Of a DNA stretch of 64,000 bases, positions 48,701-57,338 are shown one piece after another. The stretch's first letter is position 1. Each line of letters opens with the position of its first letter. A program made the translations under genes and the position numbers. Location: NCBI GenBank assembly GCA_951406725.2, contig OX597814.1, positions 81,468,001 through 81,532,000 of the forward strand, written 5' to 3'. Under the pieces are notes generated by a model. The model saw nothing but the letters and a program-made list of their open reading frames with translations, was not told the origin of the DNA and did not search any database. Source of the stretch: Octopus vulgaris (taxonomy: Eukaryota).

Positions 48701-51700
48701 AATAAAATACCAGGTATGGGTAGGGAACTGGAGGAGAAATAGCTAAAGCATCAGACAAGATGCCATGCTATAGTTGTTCCTGCTCGTTGCATTCTATGTC
48801 CAAATTTTGCTGTGGCCTGCTTGGGTGGTGGGCTTAATCTATAGTCAAGTTTAACATCATCATAGGTCCTTCACAACCTTGAGTTGAGTCTACTCTATTG
48901 TAAGTATTCATACAAGGTTAGAGTATAGCTTCCTCCTTCCTTATCAGTTTCCAAGGCCTTTTAATGGGTCATAAGCACACTGCTGTATCTTCTAATATAC
49001 CAATTTCAAAAACAAATTGGAACTTATAACTATCTGTTTTAAGTCTAATGTGTCTGCAAATTTATTTTTAAACAGAGAGGTTGAAAATGAAAGAAAAAAA
49101 TCTGAAATACAAAGCAAAAGAAAACAAGTTACCTTCATTTTTCGTGTCATCTTGCTCTTCTTGTTCACGTGTTTTCTCAGCAAGGGTTGTCTCTGCTGAT
49201 TTTAAGTAGTGGTATGTCAAATCAAACTTGACATCTGAAAACTGAAGTTCATCTGTTCGCTCTTCCCATGTCTCTGATGTGAATTCCCCCTAACAAAAAT
49301 GTTTCATACATTATCAGTAAACAATAAAAAAGAGTATATTTATGTACTCATACACACACATATACACAAGTTATTTATTCTCATATCAACCTTCATTGAA
49401 CAGGACAATGACGAATGATAACCAGCCTTTTAGGACTATATAGAATTACATTTAACTATTTGCCTGTCCAAAGTATTTTCATAAGTTTGCTTTAAATGTT
49501 GAAGCTTGTTTTCAGATTTTTAGGCAGACCATGTTTAATTTGTTCTGAGTAATAAAAAGCTTTCCTTTCATAAGTCCCAAGATACTCAGGTAGTTGAAAA
49601 AAATTGAGAATCATATATGATTCATGGATGTCAAGGAAATATCACATATAATATACAGGACAGGCAATGGATTAATTTGGTAAGCTAAGATTTGAGGGAA
49701 AATTATTAGCTCACACATATACTAATATATGGTAAAGATGTTGAGTCTCATATCATTAGTTCATTGGAACAGCAGTGAAGACCATTTTAACTTAATTTAT
49801 CTATAGCAGGTAATCTTCATGACACTCTCTTGTCTTCAAAATATAACAATAGAAAGACTGAAACTCAAGGCTGCAAGCTAGGGAAACAGAACAACAGTTT
49901 ATAGCAATAAGCAGATTTTTCATGTTAGTGACACCTACCTATCAGCAATTACATGACGTAAACCAATAAGAGTAGGGATTTTCTATACAGATGGACTAGC
50001 CACCTTATAAGTAGCACTTTCTCTGAGACCTATGCAATAAGCCTGACTCTCATCATCCCAACCAAATCCATATTAAACACACTCTTGCTAGAACTGCAAC
50101 CCTCATTTTCATTACATACTTCAACTTAAATGAAATTCACATCAACAGCATCAAAAACACAGAAATGCTCATGGGCATTGCACTTCCTTCTGTAACTAGA
50201 AAGTAATTTTTTTTTAAATAGACACAGCACAATCGGTGACCTTTCAGCCATGCCAACAAACGATCTTATATGCAGTCACTCATCATGTTAGAAATAGCAA
50301 CCAAATCTACCGCAAATGCCATCCAACAACCTTTAGAAAGAAGGAAATATTGAAAAATGTAGACTAAAATATGATCATAGGTGGAACACCTTGATCATAA
50401 TTTGGGCTGACTTGGAGCTAAAAAGCAATAAGTCTAGCCACCCTGGAATATAATGCACTGATTCACAGAATAAATACACACAAAAATAATTAATAAATTT
50501 TCTCAATTTACCTTTGCAACAGGAGGCAATGCTGGTAAATTAACCAATCTCCATTCATGTAAAATTTCTTCAAGCCGTGCTATAAACCTAAATGAGAATA
50601 ACATTTACTGTTAGTAAAAGTATCTAAAAGTGGAAAAATGAAATCCCATATCCTCTCTGGAAAGGCAGCTGATTCCATTTGTTTAAGTGTATCAAGTTAG
50701 AAAATAATAACAGGTTTAAATTGTTTAACCAAAATTAACATGGGTTAAACAGTTTGATTGGAACTGGTAAGATAGGGAGCTGCACCAGGTTCCAGTCTGA
50801 TTTAGCATGGTTTCTATGGCTGGATACCCTTCCAAATGCCAACCACTCCAAGAGTGTAATGGGTGCTTGTACATATCACTGATAATGGTCATGACCATAA
50901 TTTTCAAGGGTGCCATTCACACAACACCGTTTACATGACACCAGCAACAACCATAACCACACTTCCACAGGTGCCATATGGATGTCTGTCATTAGCACAA
51001 ATTAAGGGTATATGCCTTCTAGAATGGAGCATCATAATTTACAGATTTTTTTAAAATCTGAAATCTAATAACTATAATGAATTTCTTTGAAAATTTCTAA
51101 TCTAGATTTTTATAATTACTGTCTTCTCTTTCTTTAATATGTAAATAACAGTGAATACAAACCTTTCCCAGTCTGAAGCAGTTGTAAAATCTGTAATTTC
51201 AAAGACATCTGTATCCTAAAAGAAAATTAACAAAACAGTATGTGAATCAAATAAAAGAGACAAGTAACATACCATCCTATATTGCATATTACTTCAAAAT
51301 GTCACATGTTTGAATAAAGTAATGTTTACAACCAGACTTTTATGATAGAGAGAAAAAAACACAGTAGAAATAAAAGTTTATTCTAATTGTTCTAAAGCTG
51401 AGTGTCAGTTTTAAGGTGATTTTTAAGAACATTGTTATATTTAATATAAACAGTATCCTAAGAGTCACATTTTATATAAACACTCATACATTTAACTATA
51501 CAAGACCAGAAGTACAAATTTATTCTGAGATTAACCTTTTATGCATTTAGATTATTCTATCAAATGTAAAGCTTATTTATTCACACTGTTTTAAATCAAT
51601 GAGCATTGTCTCATTGCTTCAAGACTTCAATGATCTGACTGTATATTTTTAGAATGAGATTGTAGGGTAGATATGGCCAATTTGAACCTAAGACAGGTTG

Positions 51701-53849
51701 AATATTTGGGCTGATATGCCAGTTTAAATGCTAAAGGGTTACAGAAATTAAGTATGATTATATACATACAAATGTCACCTAAGAGTATAACAGGCAAGAC
51801 TTAATTCATCATTATTTAAATATATTGGAGGGTGATTGTGTTGGCTTTGTCTATTTATCAAAGCAGATACACAAATAATATCAAAAGTATTCAGTGGCCA
51901 CAAAATAAAGTTAGGCTACTATTATCACATTAATTCCATTGGGTATTAGTTTAAATACCTGCATGAGCCCATAATAGAGCTTACGCAATTTTTCTCCATA
52001 TACACTTATATTTCTTATATAAACACAAAACCTCAAATTCATAGACATAATAGAAATTAATTTGTAAAATGCTCGTATCTTTCTCAAAAGTATAGCAGCT
52101 TCAGTGAAGTAAACTGGAAAATTGTAAAAAATGGTTGCAAAATTGCTTCATCAAATATCTTAGATAATAAGTATTTACTAAGTTGAGAGATTGTGTCTTT
52201 GTGTATAAGTGATGGATATGGCTGAAACAATAGACAGGTGGTCTAGATATTTATAGTACAAAGTTTAGTGTCTGCAATCAAATCCAGCCTATTACCTATT
52301 TGAGATCAAAGCATATGTATGAGTAATATGTAGATTCAGAAGCACAAACTTTATATAATGTCAAAGACATTAAATAATCATAATAGTATTCTACTTGTCA
52401 CAATATATGTTTGAGTGTTATACCTTCAACAACCTTAACTATGCAATGAAATTGAAGACACCCATTGAAATCTTTAACATAATTAAACAATGTTACAAAG
52501 ATCTATAAATTTATGAACCAAAATATAAATAATAACATTCATAAAACGGAGAATTTCCATGTATCCGACTTAATCATAGTAGTTAAATTCTGTACTTTGG
52601 AAAAGTTATCTTTACCAATAATTTAACACATGTATTATTATTCTTGTGATGCTTTTATATTTTATTTTATAATTATATAGTTAGGTGGATAAAAATTCCT
52701 TTCTTACACGAACAGAGAGATTTGTGTAGAGGGTTATATCTCTGTTGCTAGTGTCAAGTTGTCAATAATCAGCTGTGATGTGTTGTGTTCTTGACAATGG
52801 CTAACAAAATACAATATTTTGTTTCAAATAGCAATCAAAATTTCGGTTAAACACATACATCGAGCAATAATTGAAATATTTCGCCTGCGTTTTATGACTA
52901 TCAACGTCAATAAAATGGTTTGGAAGGTACAAGATTTTGGAGGTGTACTTGCCAGGCAAATAACCAAGATATATTTGACAACTATGGAAATATTGGTTTC
53001 GCGAAAACATATATTTTATCATATATTCACTCCATGCACTAAACATTATCAATATGAGGATTTGGTAATGTGCTTATTTTCAATTGTACGATTTTTAGGT
53101 ATATTCACATCATCATGTTTAGAATCGATCCACTATTTGTCGTTATGGTATTGATTTCTTTTAATTAGTCACAAGGAAAACCATCGCAGCATAATTGCGT
53201 GTTAATTTTAATAAACTCCCTAATTAACAATTGGTACTTATTTTAGCGCTGTACAAAATACCTCGCGGTATTTAGATCCAGCTCGTTAACTTTGTTTTCA
53301 AATATCGCTAAGGTCATCTTAGCCTTTCGTACTTGCAGAGTTCGATAGTATATAATATGAGTACTGGGTTTATATTCCTGCGGTGCTTTAAAGATCTACA
53401 TGGGATTATATCAAAAGACAAAGAGTTCCGGACAAAATATTTCCAAATGTAGAACAAGCCTGACGTTCTGCCTACTTCCAATTGCAAGTAAGCAAATAAA
53501 ATATTCGTTGGTTTAGAGAATCACCCCAAATAGTACTAAGTATCAAGAGGTATATCAGTTAATACACATTTTTTCTGTTAGAGGCATACTACTAAGTATC
53601 AAAGTTACAAAAGCGAAAATACAAAATATTTAACTTATTAATCAAAACAAACTGTATATATACAAAAACCTCAATGGAAAAATGAATATAAACTGAAAGT
53701 TGACAAGTAATTTGTCAGGAATAATCAACTGTTCAAGGACATATACGACTGGAAGATGGCGATATTTCACACAAAAACAATTTCTAACAGGTATAAAAAG
53801 AAATATATTTGTTTAAAATTAATTAATAACTTACATCGTCAGCAGCCAT
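18145..53849 (-). CDS. RAB3GAP1: Rab3 GTPase-activating protein catalytic subunit, whole gene span (24 coding exons, 3084 nt, 1027 aa)
   Basis: Hand-spliced exons give one open frame from MAADDDTDVFEITDFTTASDWER to ...RLAGAYTSDTLFE*. It contains recognisable RAB3GAP1 blocks (NDFPSRAHCLCRWYGL, LPFGACEDP, LHQKLQMLNCCIE, LLSDMESFKAANPGCMLEDFVRWYSPRDW, RLFDDTKEAEKVLHFL). All introns are GT-AG with matching phases. Confidence 0.97.
19449..19667 (-). CDS. RAB3GAP1: RAB3GAP1 exon 23
   Basis: DLIQMISLAETVIARAKSLKNKF...AGSVIHKLFVAAQK, 219 nt. Confidence 0.95.
19860..20210 (-). mobile_element. Short non-autonomous retroelement with RTE-like (GAT)n 3' end, representative copy
   Basis: The block CATTTAATGTCC..TTTTCCATGCT..CATGGGTC...CCAAGTAAGGTAATAT recurs near 21605-21830, 23930-24120, 28700-28860, 39450-39570 and 44780-45000. 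Confidence 0.6.
20567..20667 (-). CDS. RAB3GAP1: RAB3GAP1 exon 22
   Basis: EDQEFPKLKQLLDQIISKAAKVTRSTSPGVRKYE, 101 nt, phases fit. Confidence 0.9.
21109..21205 (-). CDS. RAB3GAP1: RAB3GAP1 exon 21
   Basis: VLHFLMSLKPPQLVEYLLPVLSHTAILKIIQE, 97 nt. Confidence 0.94.
22431..22552 (-). CDS. RAB3GAP1: RAB3GAP1 exon 20
   Basis: QLSQRMKIPGNMWSEVWQGARPVPAHRQKRLFDDTKEAEK, 122 nt. Confidence 0.97.
24142..24244 (-). CDS. RAB3GAP1: RAB3GAP1 exon 19
   Basis: AANPGCMLEDFVRWYSPRDWIDEQVDENGAVVVK, 103 nt. Confidence 0.97.
25285..25660 (-). mobile_element. SINE family C-related copy
   Basis: tRNA-like head (GGCTCAGTAGTTAGAA...GAGTTCAATTCC) and TTGCTCCAGTTCACTCAGCTG body shared with 45549-45870. Confidence 0.7.
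26808..26889 (-). CDS. RAB3GAP1: RAB3GAP1 exon 18
   Basis: LGSSAEGSQLRARMQSACLLSDMESFK, 82 nt. Confidence 0.96.
28300..28690 (+). mobile_element. LINE ORF2 C-terminal fragment (RTE-like)
   Basis: FGTRILSRIMDCHWLDFIFNQQLYSETRM resembles the LRRIxxxxWxDxxSN motif that follows RT. Confidence 0.55.
29130..29680 (-). CDS. RAB3GAP1: RAB3GAP1 exon 17 (large; Ser/acidic linker with FFAT-like motif)
   Basis: MLNCCIEKRRKRE...EEFFDCDE...LYIPVTQEPAPMTEDMLEEHAEVLA, 551 nt. Confidence 0.97.
30848..30902 (-). CDS. RAB3GAP1: RAB3GAP1 exon 16
   Basis: IECGPPNMGSCILHQKLQ, 55 nt. Confidence 0.96.
31311..31483 (-). CDS. RAB3GAP1: RAB3GAP1 exon 15
   Basis: EMAKQLKSAPLDSL...HGGWKAVAQLWQEIVLELRYR..., 173 nt. 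Confidence 0.96.
31628..32035 (-). mobile_element. RTE-like LINE 3' fragment
   Basis: Collinear with 9460-9925 (CCAGTGCAGTCTTCTCTCTTGCA; TTTTCCATGCTAGCATGGGTT; ATC tail). Confidence 0.7.
32233..32334 (-). CDS. RAB3GAP1: RAB3GAP1 exon 14
   Basis: FLFPDARPDQD...SRVELKQ, 102 nt. Confidence 0.9.
34030..34181 (-). CDS. RAB3GAP1: RAB3GAP1 exon 13
   Basis: DPSADISQALHRLTEP...PLFNEILF, 152 nt. Confidence 0.92.
35551..35926 (+). mobile_element. tRNA-derived SINE family A, full length
   Basis: A-box TAGCTGTGTGG and B-box TGTTCAGTCCC; collinear with 44069-44467. Confidence 0.88.
36128..36211 (-). CDS. RAB3GAP1: RAB3GAP1 exon 12
   Basis: HDYLEDFIFLCHNKSAMKEVFTPDDDPL, 84 nt; phases fit both neighbours; weaker gtagtt donor. 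Confidence 0.82.
36450..36951 (+). mobile_element. Non-autonomous Helitron, copy 2 (extra internal segment)
   Basis: 5' TC, 3' CTAG, hairpin CCCGAGCAACGCCGGG, A|T insertion site; ends match 5344-5735. Confidence 0.88.
37141..37190 (-). ncRNA. Identical hammerhead copy in the inverted arm (sense to RAB3GAP1 pre-mRNA)
   Basis: Exact reverse complement of 37506-37555. Confidence 0.72.
37506..37555 (+). ncRNA. Minimal type-I hammerhead ribozyme, C3U core variant
   Basis: cCACACG TTGATGA t AGG caataca CCT t GAAAC CTAG GTC CGTGTG tgg; palindromic stem III; predicted cleavage after C37546. Confidence 0.72.
37887..39195. mobile_element. Penelope-like element 3' portion (RT thumb end, linker, GIY-YIG endonuclease) as an inverted duplication
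   Basis: LTLNGYP and CQKTYVVYKIICGKCGTSYIGSTRKLHVRIKEH motifs; minus arm 37887-38578, plus arm 38583-39103. Confidence 0.88.
39294..39326 (-). ncRNA. CpG-decayed minimal hammerhead motif in a pLTR-like repeat (about 39200-39370)
   Basis: Minus strand: TTT CTGACAA a GAGC tat GCTC GAAAC ATC AAA; reverting two CpG transitions gives CTGACGA...GAAAC GTC. Confidence 0.55.
39788..39861 (-). CDS. RAB3GAP1: RAB3GAP1 exon 11
   Basis: DLDPLQAPQWSVRITMTEDPQCLL, 74 nt, gtaagt donor. Confidence 0.95.
40860..41150 (-). mobile_element. CR1/L2-group LINE extreme 3' fragment
   Basis: NTFK*NLDKFL*GIPDKP...NNSLLEW matches the FKxxLDKFLxxIPDxP C-terminal motif. Confidence 0.55.
41359..41427 (-). CDS. RAB3GAP1: RAB3GAP1 exon 10
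   Basis: ELHLSCTWPCLSENIIVENQVY, 69 nt, gtgagt donor. Confidence 0.95.
42002..42083 (-). CDS. RAB3GAP1: RAB3GAP1 exon 9
   Basis: DFSIMGDEDVGCKGFGMLPFGACEDPV, 82 nt. Confidence 0.95.
42475..42660 (-). mobile_element. Short pLTR-like repeat between microsatellites carrying a minimal hammerhead-like motif (42560-42595)
   Basis: Minus strand: CTTT CTGTCGA a GAGC atag GCTC GAAAC GTA AAAG; related to 39200-39370 and 9365-9440. Confidence 0.65.
42779..42878 (-). CDS. RAB3GAP1: RAB3GAP1 exon 8
   Basis: GHAINPLPTVAVSVRFTYILEEWTHSLWPQTPP, 100 nt. Confidence 0.95.
43264..43429 (-). CDS. RAB3GAP1: RAB3GAP1 exon 7
   Basis: TVPMFVQIQQKWRRLYLG...YNHLAGLLDVFKSEL, 166 nt. Confidence 0.95.
44069..44467 (+). 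mobile_element. tRNA-derived SINE family A, full length, young
   Basis: A-box TGGCTGTGTGG, B-box GGTTCAGTCCC, internal TA/TG tract, tail repeat GTAAAAGA; CpGs retained. Confidence 0.9.
45295..45414 (-). CDS. RAB3GAP1: RAB3GAP1 exon 6
   Basis: YGLRSFIVLSP...LLLSSVNIALGNTG, 120 nt. Confidence 0.95.
45549..45870 (-). mobile_element. tRNA-derived SINE family C
   Basis: Head TGGCTTAGTGTTTAGGGT...GAGTTCAATTCC; flanking direct repeat TGAATGCAATA (45533-45543, 45879-45889) as a possible TSD. Confidence 0.8.
45927..46130. repeat. Palindromic MITE-like element
   Basis: ATAGTGGATCTTGAAGCA (45943) and TGCTTCAAGATCCACTAT (46096-46113) form a perfect 18-bp inverted pair, with weaker symmetry throughout. 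Confidence 0.65.
47436..47514 (-). CDS. RAB3GAP1: RAB3GAP1 exon 5
   Basis: DATPTVFEDMMSMDNDFPSRAHCLCR(W), 79 nt. Confidence 0.95.
49133..49289 (-). CDS. RAB3GAP1: RAB3GAP1 exon 4
   Basis: GEFTSETWEERTDELQFSDVKFDLTYHYLK..., AG/GT bounded, 157 nt. Confidence 0.93.
50512..50587 (-). CDS. RAB3GAP1: RAB3GAP1 exon 3
   Basis: FIARLEEILHEWRLVNLPALPPVAK, AG/GT bounded, 76 nt. Confidence 0.95.
51163..51215 (-). CDS. RAB3GAP1: RAB3GAP1 exon 2
   Basis: ttttag acceptor, DTDVFEITDFTTASDWE(R), gtttgt donor, 53 nt. Confidence 0.95.
53835..53849 (-). CDS. RAB3GAP1: RAB3GAP1 coding exon 1 (MAADD)
   Basis: ATGGCTGCTGACGAT followed by a GTAAGT donor; matches the MAAD start of known orthologues; CpG-containing context. 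Confidence 0.88.
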
Positions 53850-53895
53850 AGCTGGCGTAATACCGGAAGTTGATGTAAGGGACGTAACTCTATTA
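53850..53895 (-). promoter_or_regulatory. Likely RAB3GAP1 core promoter / short 5' UTR with ETS (GABP/ELK-type) site
   Basis: CCGGAAGT at 53863-53870, just upstream of the ATG, in a local CpG-containing patch. This is typical of TATA-less housekeeping promoters. The TSS is not observable. Confidence 0.55.
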
Positions 53896-54199
53896 TATAG
53901 AAATTGAAGACTTCTTCCAGAAATTCTGAGTTAAACAGAATTATTGTCCTTGGAATTACAGCTGACGAAAGGAATTGGTTGTCAGGCAATCGTCTAATTT
54001 TTTTTTTTTTTTTTACATTAGACTTTGTTTTTATTAATAACGTGTTTTTAGATAAAGAAAAGTACGAAAAACATTAAATATATGAAATATCAAATTATCG
54101 AGGACAAACCCCATTACTGCCTCACCAAAGAAACAAAGAAAAAGTAAAAAGAGGGGATTAATCAAAAGATGGAGAGGTTGTACACGCCAGAACAAATGG

Positions 54200-55370
54200 C
54201 GTGTTTAGTCGCGCCTCGCGGACTTGATTGTAAAGCGTTGCCACGGAGAATGGCTAGAGGTGGTCACTGCAGCAGCCACCCCACTTCGCGAGGCTCATTT
54301 CTCAGACAGGCTGCAGTTATTCCGATTTTGCGGATGAAATCGGCGGTGCGGAGTCCGAGAACACTCGAGGTCTCGATGGCGACCGGCACAGGCTCCTGTA
54401 TATGTATATTTTTCTCCCTTCTGCGTTACGGGCGGTGATACCTGGATTTGTGGCAAGGTTGGAGCGAGGTTAGAGCCGGGGAACTTGTCGCAGCACGCTG
54501 CGTCCCAATTCAACAGTCCAATTGACTAGAGCTGATTCTAGTTCCTAGCCACTTCGGGATCAGCCACCCCGCGAAGAGGGTGCAGCTAAAGGAGATTGAG
54601 GAAAGATAGGCTGGTAGAGTCAGGTCTAATGTGGAACGGAGGCCAAGGTCACCGAATTTAACAGGTAGCTTAGCCTGTTGCTAGCCGGTGCTGTCAAAAA
54701 AGTGACATTGCAGATCAGTTCAGCACAGTGCCGGATAACGTCATAAATATCCCTGAGGCGATCTGTAAGAGGGTGACGTGACGCACTGCGTTGCTAGAAA
54801 GGGAGCTAAGGTATGGCAAAATAATCCTCAAGCGGAAAAGCGCCGGGTACTCGTTAAAATGACACAATATTTTAATCATTATCGATAAGTCCGCAAGTTT
54901 GGTCTCCAGGCACTCTGTAATGGCTTTCGGGAGGATTTGAGAACCAAGAATGCAGACGGCGTCCCTTGGTTGCGTCCCAGGGATGGTTGCTGAGTACGGT
55001 GTCCAGGAATTCGGCCTCCCCGGAGCTGACGTTTATCATCTCCATGTTGGACGGATTGATCTCAAGCACAAGAAGCTTCAGGGTTGGGATGACCTGATGA
55101 AGGTCCCTCACTACAAACTCAGCCGAACCACTCAATGTCCCGTCATCCAGATACCAGACATTGAAGGGTGAGTAGACTGATCTGGCAACATCACCAACAG
55201 CCAACGCATAAAGGAACAGACCAAGAGGATCACCCTGTTGGACACCTGTGGAAGAAGCGATCCTGTTGTTGGCAGCTATGAGTGCATTGGGTGCTCCATA
55301 GGAGAGATATGTATGTGGGTGTATTGAGGGAGCACGTCTTAGGCACGTCTCCAAGTTGTCGTCCCATCTA
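54200..55370 (-). mobile_element. CRE-clade (restriction-like endonuclease) non-LTR retrotransposon, internally deleted
   Basis: RT motifs GVQQGDPLG and WYLDDGTL; C-terminal WDAACCD, PVAIETS and LQ*PPLAILRGNA motifs. Confidence 0.8.
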
Positions 55371-55384
55371 ACGACGTTAAAGGT

Positions 55385-56173
55385 ATTTTATATATACTCT
55401 AAAATATATATAGTCTAAAATATACTCTCCTTCATTTTCCACAGTGCTCTTCCATCTATCTGGTAGACTTGCAAGGCTCCTCTTCCAAAATTCACTTGTC
55501 CGGACGAAAAATACTCCTTCAGTACTGTTCTGACCTCGTCTACAGAATTCATATATTTTGCGTCCAAATGAGCTTGAAGACTTCGGAATGTATTGTCTCC
55601 CATTCAAACTGTTCCAGCCTTTGGAATGTCATCCTCGCTGTGTGTGGCCGAGCATTATCCTGATGGAAGAACACCTTTCGTCTTAAAACCAAAGATGGTC
55701 GTTTTTCTTCTAGCGCAGGTGTCGATGAATGGGTGAATTACAAAATTCAAGCTTTTCTGCTAGTTCCTCAACAGTTACGATGAGATTTTGTTCTACTAGG
55801 GCTCCCAGACGTCCTCGTCGAGCTCTACAAATCGTCCAGGACGAGACTGGTCTTCTAGGCTGTAGTTTCCGACTCGGAATTTCTGGAACCACCGTTGACA
55901 ATGGCTTATGCTTATTGTCCGATCCTCATGTACTGCATTAATATTCCTCGCACTTTCCGTTGCGTTGTTGCCTTTATTGAACTCATAAAGCAAAATGTGT
56001 CGAACATGCTCTTTGGTCACTTCCGAACTGCATTCTTCAAAACTTGCACCAAGAATGATGACAAGGTAAAGTTATACCTGCTTTATAACAAGCAGAAGCA
56101 AGTTGTTTATACCATTCCCCTTTCACCTTTAGTTCATGCAATTGAAAAAACTGCATTATTAATGGGATGACCC
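55385..56173 (-). mobile_element. Second mariner family, internally deleted
   Basis: RHILLYEFNKGNNATESARNINAV...QRWFQKFR.GNYSLED..RPGR, FHQDNARPHTA and LPDRWK..VENEGEY motifs; 5' end GGGTCATCCCATTAATAATGCAG next to TA. Confidence 0.88.
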
Positions 56174-56180
56174 TATATCT

Positions 56181-56297
56181 TCTATATATATAAAATACGT
56201 TGTCTGTGTGGGTGTCCTCTATACACACTCAATCCTCTGGATCAATCTACCATACTTGAGCTACATGAATAATTTGACCTTGGAAAGAATAATACGG
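56181..56297 (+). mobile_element. Possible Helitron 5' end interrupted by the MITE
   Basis: TCTATATATATAAAATACGTTGTCTGTGTG resembles the 5' ends at 5344 and 36450; no 3' hairpin or CTAG found. Confidence 0.35.
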
Positions 56298-56717
56298 GGA
56301 TCTTTTCAGTTTGACCGGCAGTTTTTTAAAATAATTTCCACGTAACTAAACACTTTTAAACTTCGTATACTGGTAGAATGTGTTTATAAAACATCTTTTT
56401 CTCTTGGCTTTATTGAGAAAATTCTATAGTTTGTAAAATATTTGTTGTTGTTTTTCTTCAATTTCCGCAATTTCAACCAATCAATCACGTCCATTGAGAT
56501 AAAAAAAAAAACATTCTGTGCCGTATGAATATGTCCCTCGTTTAAGAAACAGATTGGGTTTATTTACATTTCTGAAGAAAAAAAGATACCCTTCCCCCCA
56601 TCCCTAACCCTAACCCTAAAACAGATTGAAATGCAATAGATCGATACTAGGGTCATTTTGGGTGACAATTTCATATGACACCGCTAGAAAAAACTGCCGT
56701 TCAAACCGAAAAGATCC
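56298..56717. mobile_element. 420-bp MITE with 30-bp TIRs and 8-bp TSD (Merlin- or hAT-type)
   Basis: TIR GGATCTTTTC(A/G)GTTTGA(C/A)CGGCAGTTTTTT (28/30 match); TSD TAATACGG at 56290-56297 and 56718-56725. Confidence 0.9.
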
Positions 56718-57338
56718 TAATACGGTCTTGATTTATTTTTTTAATAAATATAAATAATATTGCTTTATATATAAAGATTTACTTCTTAAAATTGTTCTGT
56801 CAATGTCAACTTCCTGTGTTTGGCGTCCTGACGTAGTAACTAAGTAACCAGCTATTTACACACACACACGTATGTATACATAATTACAGTTGTGACGATT
56901 TCTGATTAAAAAATAAAAGATTTCTAAAAGTACTTTCATGTGAGAAAAAAATTTCATATGGCGATAGACACCTTTTTCTCAATTGATTGTATGAAGAACC
57001 GTATATTGTGCATTGATTTTCTAATACATATTTCGGACATTTTTGGAACAAGTCGCCTTATTAACACTTGATATTTCACATTTAAATCGCATGTGATTAA
57101 TCTTGGCGCAACTCAACTTATTAACATTTTCACTTAACCGTTTTCTGTTGCAGAAGTGATTTACACTGTCATTGTGTGAGATGTTTTCATTTTGACTCAT
57201 CTAGGCTTAAATACCCCAATATCGGCAATTAGCGTGGGCAATCGCCGAATCAATTTTTCAATTGTGATCGGTCAACTCGATAGTCTGGTATGTGCTTACT
57301 GTCAAATTGGATGCGTAACTGAAAGTCTAAGCACCGTA

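Noticed and set aside
53960-53990. CTGACGA near the promoter as a ribozyme core
   Set aside because: No downstream GAAA-stem III-NUH arrangement.
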